Source: Nemertoderma westbladi (Eukaryota; Animalia; Xenacoelomorpha). From it: a stretch of DNA of 64,000 nt. Shown here one piece after another: positions 1 to 10,055 of this stretch. Where the stretch lies: NCBI GenBank assembly GCA_032718475.1, contig JAUCBJ010006642.1, positions 1-64,000 on the forward strand, in the 5' to 3' direction. A program made the translations under genes and the position numbers. The notes beneath the pieces were generated by a model, which saw only the letters and a list, made by a program, of their open reading frames with translations, had not been told where the DNA came from and searched no databases. Within the stretch, counting starts at the first letter, position 1. Every line of letters starts with the position of its first letter.

Positions 1-462
1 ACTTCCAATCAATGGCCAATGACGTCTCTTCACCCAAGTGACCAGATCAGATATATCGAGAATCACCTGTTTCCGAGTCCAGTTCCTGGAGACGCGAAGT
101 GGCAATGGAAGAAATTATTACGAGTGAAGTTAAGGGGCACTCATTAGAAGATCAAACTAAAGGTTGGCGAATAAGGGACGAATGAATAATTCTCATCATG
201 TGATATTGTGGTTAGACTAAATATTATTACTGCATCGGCCACATGGATAGGAGTTTGTGTCTCCGGGTGGCACGTATGGTACAGCAGCAGTGATTTGGCA
301 TTGCAATGCCAAAGAGTAGTATGAACAACCCTAGAAGGCTGTGGTGCCGAATGGTGATTCGAGATTTTAGATTAACTACATTTTCGTGTTCGGAAGTCAA
401 GACAACAAGACGGGATTCAGCCATCACGATAATATTTGAGTTTACATTGATGAATATGCCGT

Positions 463-3400
463 CTAGTTTGAATTAACTTTCTTCAATTTATGTTTCGAGT
501 GTTTCTGTTTCTTTAGATAATAAGTGCCGAAAAGTAGTGATTCAATTAGACGTTTTTGTAAATTATTAGATATAAAATCTTTAAGATCGCTTACAGCTCT
601 TTCTGTAAATTCAAAATAATGAAAATCAGAATTGTCGAGAAGAACTTGGAAGGAGTCGGTTACCTTTTCATCAATTAAAGTATATCCATGTATTTTCGAA
701 ATGACTTCCGGTAAAACATCCCATGCTTGATGGATGTACGGTTCTGTACCACCAATCATTCGCCAAATGTTTGATAACCCATTAAATGTTTTATAATGGC
801 AATTATCTGGTATTGATTTAGAGAATAATTCTACCATATCTTTTTGGATAAATCTCTGGTAAACATGATGTTGGTGAATGTTCCGGCACAGAAAGAGAAC
901 AAATTTTGTTTCTTCAAATGCGAAAAGTTCGGATTTTTCACAAGACATTGAATGTTGAAGGAAGCCATCTGGAAATGTTTTGCGCCAAGCTTCCAATCGT
1001 TGATCCAAAGGCGCTGATTGAGATAAATTTACAGCAGAAGTTGATAAGTCATCAACAAATTGGTTATATGGAGAATTAACCAGAAAAAAACGTTCGATTG
1101 CAGTCTTAGCATTTGGTCTCCATTTCATTGCTGTAACTATGGTGAACTTCGGACCTGGACTGAGAACTATTATGCGTATTACACCAAGCATGAAAAGTGT
1201 TTGCCGTTTTGTAATTTCAACAATATGCGCTGAATCTGTACAATGTTCACTACGAAAATAAGGTCTATATAATCCGTGTATCATGGCATCACCATAATCA
1301 TCTGCCTTTGATAAATCCGTATCTTTAAATAAAGTAATTACTTCTTTTGATACAGTTATCTCTTGACTATATTGTAATGTTCGTCCCGTTAATAATGACC
1401 GTGCAAGAACTGCTGTTTGCTTCTTTCTTTGTATTCTGTCTTGCCTTCTTGCTGCTTCCTGTTCATCAACACCTTCAAAAGTATCATGATATGTCGGTCG
1501 TCGCACATATAAGGAAATTCCCAAATACTGGATAATTTTCGGTAAATAAACTAATGGACCTCTGGTAGCGTGTAGTAAAAATCCAGAACTATGGAATACT
1601 CTCAATGAGGAATCTTTAAGACTGAATGGTGATACATTATCCAAATAGGTTCGCAAACCATCAACTAACCGCTTAGTCATCCAACGCAAACTTGCATGGT
1701 CGGGAAACTGCTCTACTGCTATTGAGAGTTCATTGCATATTGGCAAGAATGGATTATCTGTGGACTTGTTGTCAAGAAGTATTCCAGAAAGTGAAGGATG
1801 AGATTGTAATAACACCTCAATCAGTGTAGACTCTGAAGTAAATTTATCAACATGTTCTGAAAGCTTACATTTTACACAGTAGACCAACATTGGAGCCTTT
1901 CGTTGTTCACAATGCCATACAGCTATTGCCATATTTACGACACCAGGATCAATACCAATGGAACGGATTGTGTAGGAACTACTACCAGGACTAATTGCGT
2001 TAGTAGACCTAACATAAATTCCAAACCTTTCAATAATATTATCAATTCCAAACGTTACAATGAACTTATCACTATTAACTGATAAAACAGATTCCTCAGC
2101 ACGACGTTTAATGTCCATTTTAGAATTACTCAACTTCAAAAATGTCTCCAGAGAGAATGGCTCCGCAAAGAGGTTACGGCAGCTATCGGCACGAGTAAAT
2201 GCTACCTGAACAAGTTGGCTCAACAGTGATATGTTTGTTTGTACTAATTTATCTGCATTTAGATTAACATAAACTGGTTTCTCACGGTATTCTTTTCCTT
2301 GGCATTTGTGTACTGTGATTGCGTGAAGTGGCACAAAGGGGAACTGCGTTCGACTTATTCTTTCTGCAAATCGCCGTCTCTTTTTACCTGTGAGTCTTGC
2401 AGATATTGGGAATATTCGGACAAATGTAGGATTTAAAGGAAACTCGCAATCAGATATACCCTCCTCATTGAAATCTGGAATGTCAACAATGACATGGTCT
2501 GGTTGGGGATGTTCACCATTCAACACAGCAGCAGCATCACTTTCATTAAAAACGATGTGTATCACAGTTCCTTGGGTACCATTGGCTATGCGCCTTTGGA
2601 CACTGACATTATCAACAAATATAATTTTCAGGCCAACATATAATGGAATACAGTCCTCCAACATTACATCAAATTCTGATGGGCTCAATCTATTTAGATT
2701 GGTGAAAGTTGCATTATATATCGACTTGGAAATGAATAATGTTTGATCAAGTGAACAAATCTGATCAACTGATAATTTGGCATTATTAAGCATTCTCGTA
2801 ACATTGTCATACATTATACAAACTGGAAGCTCCCCCAGCGTCGCCATGCTTGGTGTGTTACCAAGTTCATTTATTGAATGAAAAACCGTCCTGTAGTCTA
2901 TTTCATCTTGCTCCCCATTCCTAATACGACTGGTTAGTTTAGCTAGCTCATCATCAGACCTGTAAACTTTCCTTAAGCAGATAACATTCGGACGCATATG
3001 AGAGGCATATAATTGATGACCATATAACGAATGAGCTTTACCTTGACGATTTCTAAGCCGAATTCTAGCACCAGGGGAAACAACTTCAGATTGCGAGGGT
3101 GCATTCCACAGTTGGCGTGATGAAACAGGTGGGAGTTGTCCCATATCTCCTACCAGTAGAAGCTTTTTGCCACCCCACAGAATGTCTGGATTACCACTGG
3201 CATGGCGTAATGATGAGTCCAACAACGCTAATGTTCCTGGTTGGCACATAGAAATTTCATCTACTATGACAAAATCAACACTTTGAACATATTTCACAAT
3301 GAGAGTTTGACGTGAAGTTACCTTGTCGGTATTCTGATCCCATTGAGTCTTGTTGTTATACAAGCCAAAAAAACCTTCAAGTGTTGCGCAATACAAATTT

Positions 3401-3555
3401 GCAGCAGCAGCTCCACTGATACCTAATAACAAGACCTTTTCACCAAGATGATAATAAATTCTCTTTATTACTTCGGTTTTACCAGAACCACCAGGTCCAT
3501 GTAAAAATATTGTCTGAGGTGTAGGCTTGTTATTGATAGTGTCATTAATCATCAA
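463..3555 (-). CDS. PIF1-family DNA helicase fused to a C-terminal RuvC-like (A22/Ydc2-type) nuclease domain (C-terminal part of RepHel)
   Basis: 1030-aa ORF. Walker A GPGGSGKT (~3475-3498), Walker B IVDEISM, WGGKKLLLVGDMGQLPPV, NGTQGTV, TQFPFVPLHAITVHKCQG. These are followed by IGIDPGVVNMA (D at 1948-1950), IAVEQ (E at 1711-1713), RKKQTAVLARSLL and KADDYGDAM (1288-1308). Confidence 0.88.
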   Translation of the reverse strand: MMINDTINNKPTPQTIFLHGPGGSGKTEVIKRIYYHLGEKVLLLGISGAAAANLYCATLEGFFGLYNNKTQWDQNTDKVTSRQTLIVKYVQSVDFVIVDEISMCQPGTLALLDSSLRHASGNPDILWGGKKLLLVGDMGQLPPVSSRQLWNAPSQSEVVSPGARIRLRNRQGKAHSLYGHQLYASHMRPNVICLRKVYRSDDELAKLTSRIRNGEQDEIDYRTVFHSINELGNTPSMATLGELPVCIMYDNVTRMLNNAKLSVDQICSLDQTLFISKSIYNATFTNLNRLSPSEFDVMLEDCIPLYVGLKIIFVDNVSVQRRIANGTQGTVIHIVFNESDAAAVLNGEHPQPDHVIVDIPDFNEEGISDCEFPLNPTFVRIFPISARLTGKKRRRFAERISRTQFPFVPLHAITVHKCQGKEYREKPVYVNLNADKLVQTNISLLSQLVQVAFTRADSCRNLFAEPFSLETFLKLSNSKMDIKRRAEESVLSVNSDKFIVTFGIDNIIERFGIYVRSTNAISPGSSSYTIRSIGIDPGVVNMAIAVWHCEQRKAPMLVYCVKCKLSEHVDKFTSESTLIEVLLQSHPSLSGILLDNKSTDNPFLPICNELSIAVEQFPDHASLRWMTKRLVDGLRTYLDNVSPFSLKDSSLRVFHSSGFLLHATRGPLVYLPKIIQYLGISLYVRRPTYHDTFEGVDEQEAARRQDRIQRKKQTAVLARSLLTGRTLQYSQEITVSKEVITLFKDTDLSKADDYGDAMIHGLYRPYFRSEHCTDSAHIVEITKRQTLFMLGVIRIIVLSPGPKFTIVTAMKWRPNAKTAIERFFLVNSPYNQFVDDLSTSAVNLSQSAPLDQRLEAWRKTFPDGFLQHSMSCEKSELFAFEETKFVLFLCRNIHQHHVYQRFIQKDMVELFSKSIPDNCHYKTFNGLSNIWRMIGGTEPYIHQAWDVLPEVISKIHGYTLIDEKVTDSFQVLLDNSDFHYFEFTERAVSDLKDFISNNLQKRLIESLLFGTYYLKKQKHSKHKLKKVNSN

Positions 3556-6500
3556 ATTGACAACAAGTTGTCCAATTTAGTATCATCCAATTTAGGCAAA
3601 TCATTGAAATTTATGGGAATCTTAGGTCCACCTTTAAATGTCTTTGATGATTTACAAAGCAATTTCCACTTTTGTTGAATTTGGGAATACAAGGGGGATT
3701 GCAAATTAATTGTTAAAAACGAATCTGCATTTCTGTCATCTAGTTCTTCTATGGCAGAACTCAAAATTCGATATGGATCCATATATGCATCAAAATCAAA
3801 TGCATCACTAAGTATACAATCAATAGAAAGTGATTCTACATTTAAATCAATCAAAGGTTCGTCTACAATATCAATAGTTTCTCCAGTTCCATCTGGCTCT
3901 TCTATGGGAATACAATTTAACTCGGATCTTATTTTGTACATTGCCTTTTTATGATCCATTTCACACCCATATGTATTTTGAAAGACACGAAATCGAAAAC
4001 AAGGGTCATCAAATGTTCCATTTATACTCCTGTGGTGAAGTAATTCCATCCATTTATTATGAAATGCCTTATAAATTAGAATTATATCTTTCTCACCATT
4101 GGATATTTGTTGTTGCAAATTCTCTGATATAAAGTAATCACTAACATTACCAGAAAATGGGATAAATGCGATACATTCTAATCTGACATTTTGTAGCAAA
4201 TTTTTAAAATGGTTATCAATGGTGTTCCACGTGAGACTATCGTCAAATAACAGGGATTCAGGACGTCCGGTGATTAAATGTGGAATGAAATGTGGGATTC
4301 TGGTATCTTTAATTCCTTTATACGTAAATTTAGATTGCTCAGTGTGAGGCTTGAAATCCACCAGCGACAGAAATTCGAAATACGTAATTTTATCAGAAGG
4401 GATGAGACCACCTGGCCAATCATCTGAACACCGTTTGACATATGCTGTCACTGACGATTTCGGAGGCAATATAAACAATTTTTTTACCTGAAAGTTTGTA
4501 ATTTCATTCGTATCAGCTTGTTCAACATTCACTATAGGTTCATCTTCTTCATTAGTTGCTACATCTTCAGATGGATTGTTCACTGATGGAGTTATTTGGC
4601 ATAAAATAGGTGCACCACTAGAACACTTTAATGGGACAATACGTGGCATGCATTTAATGACATCACTCAAGCCAAGGGCATGAAACATCAACTCCCGTCT
4701 CGACATATCTTTCGGATTGAAAACATGGGCAATAGTTAGTCTCTTAACCACACTTTGGATAGAAATATCTGGTTCGCTTTCTACAACCTCCATTAATTTT
4801 ACTACAGCATCATCAACACAAGAAAGCATACTTGTGCATTTGGAGACATATTTGAGGGTATAACGTAGCAATGCAAATGGACAACTTATAACAGTGAGAT
4901 CACTATTTGCACGCCAATACAGCTGTAGAATTCTATTAACATTATTAAGGCGAGTAAATGATTTGTGTCGACGTTTTGTCAACACATGACATTCTGTAAA
5001 TAACATTGACTCTGTTGTCTTTGCAAATCCAACTCTTGTAATATCTCTTCTAGGCTTAATACCGCCATGTCGACAACCATCCCCTTTTACATTTCCACCA
5101 CATGTCTCAGGATAGCAATTATGCATTTGCACTATTGCGGCAAGCAATGCACTCTCCTTGTTTTCTGAATTGCAGTGTTCTAAAGTATTAACTGTATCTC
5201 TCATCAGGGGATGATTTTGAGGAGTATACTTTGTGTCATCAGGAAGTTCATTCCAATCTTTCAGCAGTTTATATAAATCGATCAAATCTCCATTATCATC
5301 ACAAAAATCAGTTTGAATCAGGCTATCATACACTTCCGTCATGTATCTTTCAGCAAGATAACCAGTATTAACAATATGTATTGCCTCACTCCTAAATTCT
5401 TCAGTCATTCTTCCTTGCAACCAATATTTTCTTACAGTTCGCATTCTATGAATTAAATGAGCCAGTAGAATTAATTCGAATATGTGAGGTAACCTAGCAA
5501 GAAAGTGCCAATGCTGTACAGCACGTGTTGGACCCCATTCTACTCTTCCCCAATGCCAACTGTCTCTTGAATTGATGCTGCAAACTTTTCTGAAGAATGC
5601 ATTGGTCATAATCTCCATTTTTAAACGGAGGTATTGCTCTATAATTGCTGCGTGTTTATCAAGCAATTTATCCCAAACCTTTCGATTTATTTCAAACCAA
5701 GAGTGTTGAAATACAGCATCCAAGCCATATTCTGATAAAAATACCAGCCGCCTCACACCATAATCTGTTCGCAGATTATTATTGAATGTGATAAACACAT
5801 TTGGAAACCCTGAGTTGGTACAAACAGAATATAACTCTTGCCTCATATGTTTCCACCGTTGGGCGGAATGGGGATATCGTCTTAGATGGGCAATAAGCAT
5901 CGGTGCAACGGTTTCAGGATTGCCCATTTTAAATTTATCTAATAGTGTTTTGACATTAACTTCATCAAGTTCATTTTGTGTGTTGAGATAAAACTGTATA
6001 CTGTCCAAGGAATATGCTAAATGCATTTGGTCATAAGCAACAAAAGCATAAACAGGATCTTCAGCATATGGCCATCTTAGCTTACCATCATTGCCAAATA
6101 CTGCATATCGCAACTGGTGAGCTAGTGCTTGCTTGTGAACATTGATTCCAGCAAATTTCACATGTCCATCATCATCTTCCCTATACATAATAGATGTTAA
6201 TGAATGCTGGCCATCAGAATGTAAATCTGGAAATTGCTCCTCCAGTTTCCAATGAAAAGATGACAACTTTCCGTCCCACATATTCCTGAGATTTATCTTA
6301 ATCGGGGAACCTACCAACTCACTCTCCATAGCCTGTCGGACACTCGTCTGCAAATAACCACCTAAACTTTCATTAAGTCGATACATGCTATGCTGTGAAG
6401 CGTCTGACTGGGCATACATATCATCTTGGACTGCTCTAACTGCTGCTGGGGCAACATCAATAGTATTCACGATGTCATCTGTACACTGAACACTCAGTGT

Positions 6501-6959
6501 TTCTAATAAATCATGATTAATGGTGAATATATCTTTGTATCCTTCTCTATTGTTCAAGAGATGAATTGTCCAGGATTTGACAACATCTGACCGCACTGGA
6601 AGTTTCCGAAAACTCGAGCCATCCATCCTTTCAGACATTATTAAAACATCACATGAATGTTCGAGATGAGGTAAAACATGATTCAGTGTATTTCGAATTT
6701 TATGGCCAACAACTAAACAATGGCTTCCAAATACTTGTCTACGGTTATAATTAAACATTATACTTGTAAATGCCTGTTGTTTTGCTATAAGGCAACGTTC
6801 AGCTGGTGTGCAAAGTGGAAGCTTCCCGACATTGGCTTGAAATGTTGCTGCTGGTTCAGTTGTACTTAGAGCAATATCCCACACTAGAAGTCTTCTTACT
6901 GCGTGCTCTCCTAGAATTAGCTTGGCACCGTTTACATTCTTTAAATTTAGATGAGTCAT
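3552..6959 (-). CDS. Helitron Rep (HUH Y2 endonuclease) region, middle part of RepHel; true coding probably begins ~6855
   Basis: 1135-aa ORF. KLPLCTPAERCLIA (Helitron N-terminal conserved block), GFPNVFITFN (motif 1, ~5780-5810), WGRVEWGPTRAVQHWHFL (HUH motif 2, ~5500-5555), QMHNC..C, WRANSDL, RYTLKYVSK (motif 3, ~4838-4866). Confidence 0.85.
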   Translation of the reverse strand: MTHLNLKNVNGAKLILGEHAVRRLLVWDIALSTTEPAATFQANVGKLPLCTPAERCLIAKQQAFTSIMFNYNRRQVFGSHCLVVGHKIRNTLNHVLPHLEHSCDVLIMSERMDGSSFRKLPVRSDVVKSWTIHLLNNREGYKDIFTINHDLLETLSVQCTDDIVNTIDVAPAAVRAVQDDMYAQSDASQHSMYRLNESLGGYLQTSVRQAMESELVGSPIKINLRNMWDGKLSSFHWKLEEQFPDLHSDGQHSLTSIMYREDDDGHVKFAGINVHKQALAHQLRYAVFGNDGKLRWPYAEDPVYAFVAYDQMHLAYSLDSIQFYLNTQNELDEVNVKTLLDKFKMGNPETVAPMLIAHLRRYPHSAQRWKHMRQELYSVCTNSGFPNVFITFNNNLRTDYGVRRLVFLSEYGLDAVFQHSWFEINRKVWDKLLDKHAAIIEQYLRLKMEIMTNAFFRKVCSINSRDSWHWGRVEWGPTRAVQHWHFLARLPHIFELILLAHLIHRMRTVRKYWLQGRMTEEFRSEAIHIVNTGYLAERYMTEVYDSLIQTDFCDDNGDLIDLYKLLKDWNELPDDTKYTPQNHPLMRDTVNTLEHCNSENKESALLAAIVQMHNCYPETCGGNVKGDGCRHGGIKPRRDITRVGFAKTTESMLFTECHVLTKRRHKSFTRLNNVNRILQLYWRANSDLTVISCPFALLRYTLKYVSKCTSMLSCVDDAVVKLMEVVESEPDISIQSVVKRLTIAHVFNPKDMSRRELMFHALGLSDVIKCMPRIVPLKCSSGAPILCQITPSVNNPSEDVATNEEDEPIVNVEQADTNEITNFQVKKLFILPPKSSVTAYVKRCSDDWPGGLIPSDKITYFEFLSLVDFKPHTEQSKFTYKGIKDTRIPHFIPHLITGRPESLLFDDSLTWNTIDNHFKNLLQNVRLECIAFIPFSGNVSDYFISENLQQQISNGEKDIILIYKAFHNKWMELLHHRSINGTFDDPCFRFRVFQNTYGCEMDHKKAMYKIRSELNCIPIEEPDGTGETIDIVDEPLIDLNVESLSIDCILSDAFDFDAYMDPYRILSSAIEELDDRNADSFLTINLQSPLYSQIQQKWKLLCKSSKTFKGGPKIPINFNDLPKLDDTKLDNLLSI

Positions 6960-8581
6960 AATTTAACTCTAGATATATTTCACAACAAGTTGTACAATGT
7001 TTTAATTTCCAACCAGTAGACCAGTCCTCAACAGCCTTTCTCATAACGTATTGTACATATCGTGAATCTTGGGACCTTATTTTATCAACTTCCTTTTGCT
7101 CAGCATCATTCAAAAATTTAGTATGATCTCTGGGCCGCTGATCCCAAGGCCATAATGGAATTTGCATTTGGTTTGATTGTTGCTGTGCCTCAGGAAGAAT
7201 AACATCCTCAAAAACGCCACATTCATTTTCATTCGGATCCACATTCTGAAGTTGAATATTTATTATTTCATCGTCTCGAGGTATTCCCCAATTGTTTAGA
7301 GAATTCTTTAATTTATTAACTTCACCCTCCCGTTTGCAGAAAAATTGGCACTTTTCTGAAAATTTCATTCTATCAGTCCAGGACGCAGGAGAAGGAATTA
7401 AGGAGGAACCAGCTATATTTTTCTTCTTCACTTTATTGGATACACTACAATCAGATATAGAAGCGGACGCACTGGAGATGCCATCCTTTTGACATTGCAC
7501 CAATGGAGATGCGTTCGGTTGTCTGAAACGTACACGTGCATAGTAAGCTTTAATTCGTTCAGCTGATCTCACCACAGGATCTAACCGCTTCTTACGCATA
7601 GATTCCCGGTTGGCTAAACGAACAGCAGGATCTAATCGTTTCGTACGTTTTGATAATCGTTCAGCCGATCTAACTTCAGGATCTAACCGCTTTGTACGTT
7701 TTGATAATCGTTCAGCCGATCTAACTTCAGGATCTAACCGTTTTGTACGTTTTGATAATCGTTCAGCCGATCTAACTTCAGGATCTAACCGTTTTGTACG
7801 TTTTGATAATCGTTCAGCCGATCTAACTTCAGGATCTAACCGTTTTGTATGTTTTGATAATCGTTCAGCCGATCTAACTTCAGGATCTAACCGTTTCGTA
7901 TGTTTTGATAATCGTTCAGCCAATCTAACTTCAGGATCCAACCGTTGCGTACGTTTTGATAATCGTTCAGAAGATCTAACTTCAGGATCTAACCGTTTCT
8001 TCCGCATAGATTCCCGGTTGGCTAAACGAACAGCAGGATCTAATCGTTTCGTACGTTTTGATAATCGTTCAACCGATCTAACTTCAGGATCTAACCGCTT
8101 TGTACGTTTTGATAATCGTTCAGCCGATCTAACTTCAGGATCTAACCGTTTTGTATGTTTTGATAATCGTTCAGCCGATCTAACTTCAGGATCTAACCGT
8201 TGCGTACGTTTTGATAATCGTTCAGAAGATCTAACTTCAGGATCTAACCGTTTCTTCCGCATAGATTCCCGGTTGGCTAAACGAACAGCAGGATCTAATC
8301 GTTTCGTACGTTTTGATAATCGTTCAGCCGATCTAACTTCAGGATCTAACCGCTTTGTACGTTTTGATAATCGTTCAGCCGATCTAACTTCAGGATCTAA
8401 CCGTTTCGTACTTTTTGATAAACGCTCAGTAGATTTCACAGCAGGATCGAATCGCCTTTTTTGCATTTTCTCCCGAGCTTCAATACGTAAGGAATGAATT
8501 TTGCATAACTTGGAGCGCACTTGATGGGTTTTAAGTCCACGTCCCGAATTAAACGGCCGTTGGCAAGTATCACACATAAAT
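6856..8581 (-). CDS. Helitron N-terminal region: C2HC zinc finger, basic 17-aa repeat array, Cys cluster
   Basis: 573-aa ORF. CDTCQRPFNSGRGLKTHQVRSKLC, ~18 repeats of RLDPEVRSAERLSKRTK, then CTTCCE...CKRC, typical of the cluster preceding Helitron Rep. A splice-acceptor-like ttttgttttag lies immediately upstream (AG at 8583-8582). Confidence 0.75.
7555..8460 (-). repeat. Coding tandem repeat, 51-bp unit, ~18 copies
   Basis: Unit ttcaggatctaaccgttttgtacgttttgataatcgttcagccgatctaac; a variant unit (RLDPAVRLANRESMRKK) recurs three times. Confidence 0.95.
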
Positions 8582-10055
8582 CTAAAACAAAATAAATATA
8601 AATAATAATAGTATATGAATTATGAAGCAGTGATAGGTGACTGCAATTGAACTGTTACACCACGCCCTGGAATATAATGTCTTAATTAAATTCGATATAG
8701 ATAGGACTTACTTCTTACTTATAAAATAATTAATCGCGCATTATTTAGGCCTATTATATTTTAATACAATTTACTACACCCTTAAGATTTATTATAATTT
8801 ATATATTTTATGCGATTTGTGCTTAATATAGTATGTATTATATGAACCTTGATGGTTTGAATAAAATAAAATAATAATAATAATTCAGTAGTTTGGTCCC
8901 CCCACCCAAAATAAAAATATTTCTACAAATCGTAATGAGATTGCATGAAATTTAAAACAGAGATAGTTACATCTCCGAGCTCCGACCACTTACTGGGTGA
9001 GCCAGAATTTTTATTTTTGCTTTCATTCTTTAGCTACAAGTGTTTAAAAAAGTGTCTCCGTCGATATTGAACCACTTACACCGCAGTTATTCTTCAACTT
9101 CATAGTGAATAATGTGTAATAAAATCTGATGAATTTCATTGCAAAATAGCTATATTCGTTTTATAAAGTCGCATGCATTTGCTTCCGTTGCAGGCATTTT
9201 GTCTTTTTAAGAAATACAAAATGTAATGCCTATATAATATTACTAGTACGAGGGTATTCATACATAAATAACATGATGTAGAATATGGTGTATTTTATTA
9301 AATATTTTAATTAATTGTCTGCAGCGGAAGCAAATGCATGAAATTTACGAATGCCCATCTCAGTTATTTCTCAACGAAATTCAAATCTTATTACGTATTT
9401 AGAATCACTGCACGGTACCAACGAATCGCTATAAGATTGAAGAATAACTGCAGTCGACCTGTGGAATATCGACGGAAACTTAAAGGCAACAGCGTAACAG
9501 AGAGAGGAGCCTTCCGGTTCCGGTCGCCTCCACTGTTTGGTGTTTCACACGTTCACCGGTAACTTTTACTCTGAAAGTCAAGATCCTAACATAGATAAGG
9601 TAATCTCTATCGGTTAATTCGCCCTCGAGCGGTAGACAGGAGAACTTCAGATGGCTCTTGGTATTACGCTGGAACGAGTTAGGCAGAGACCTTTCTAACA
9701 AGCTATAGTAAGCGAGATTTCATAGAGATGGGTTCGAGCCAAGGTGTACCTTGGTTCGAGCGTATAGCTGATTACAGACAGATAGTTAATTCATATAGAC
9801 TAGAAAGCCTTCTAGTGTACAAGCTTGTTCAACATTTCAATTTATTAATGAACAAAGGCAGATCTACTTGGCATGCTACTACAACATACGAATTATGCTG
9901 TAAGTTATCTGCCAAAATATCAGCTCCAAAGGATTAAACAATAAATTGGGAGAAGGTTTTTCTTTTCAAAAATTTCGCCTCTAAACGGCCAACTGGTGAA
10001 TTTATGACCATTTTAAAATCCATTTTACCCATTTTAAAATCATATTTTTGCATGG

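Larger units (their letters stand above)
463..8581 (-). mobile_element. Helitron-like (HLE2/Helentron-type) autonomous rolling-circle transposon coding region: Zn finger, repeats, Rep, PIF1 helicase, RuvC-like nuclease; termini not firmly located
   Basis: Three overlapping minus-strand ORFs lie in RepHel domain order. Rep motifs: FITFN, VEWGPTRAVQHWH, YTLKYVSK. SF1B helicase motifs: GPGGSGKT, VDEISM, LVGDMGQLPPV, TVHKCQG, VAFTRA. Confidence 0.9.

Noticed and set aside
1-460. Additional gene or Helitron 3' terminus downstream of the nuclease ORF
   Set aside because: Only short ambiguous frames are present and there is no convincing hairpin plus CTRR; the region is truncated by the window edge.
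463-1975. Fanzor/TnpB RNA-guided nuclease (GIDPG motif in a Helitron)
   Set aside because: There is no CxxC zinc finger before the last acidic motif and no DRDxNAAxNI. The RK...KxDDxxD ending matches A22/Ydc2-type resolvases, and the domain is fused to the helicase with no WED/REC-sized region.
7610-8497. 295-aa plus-strand ORF
   Set aside because: Antisense shadow of the 51-bp coding repeat.
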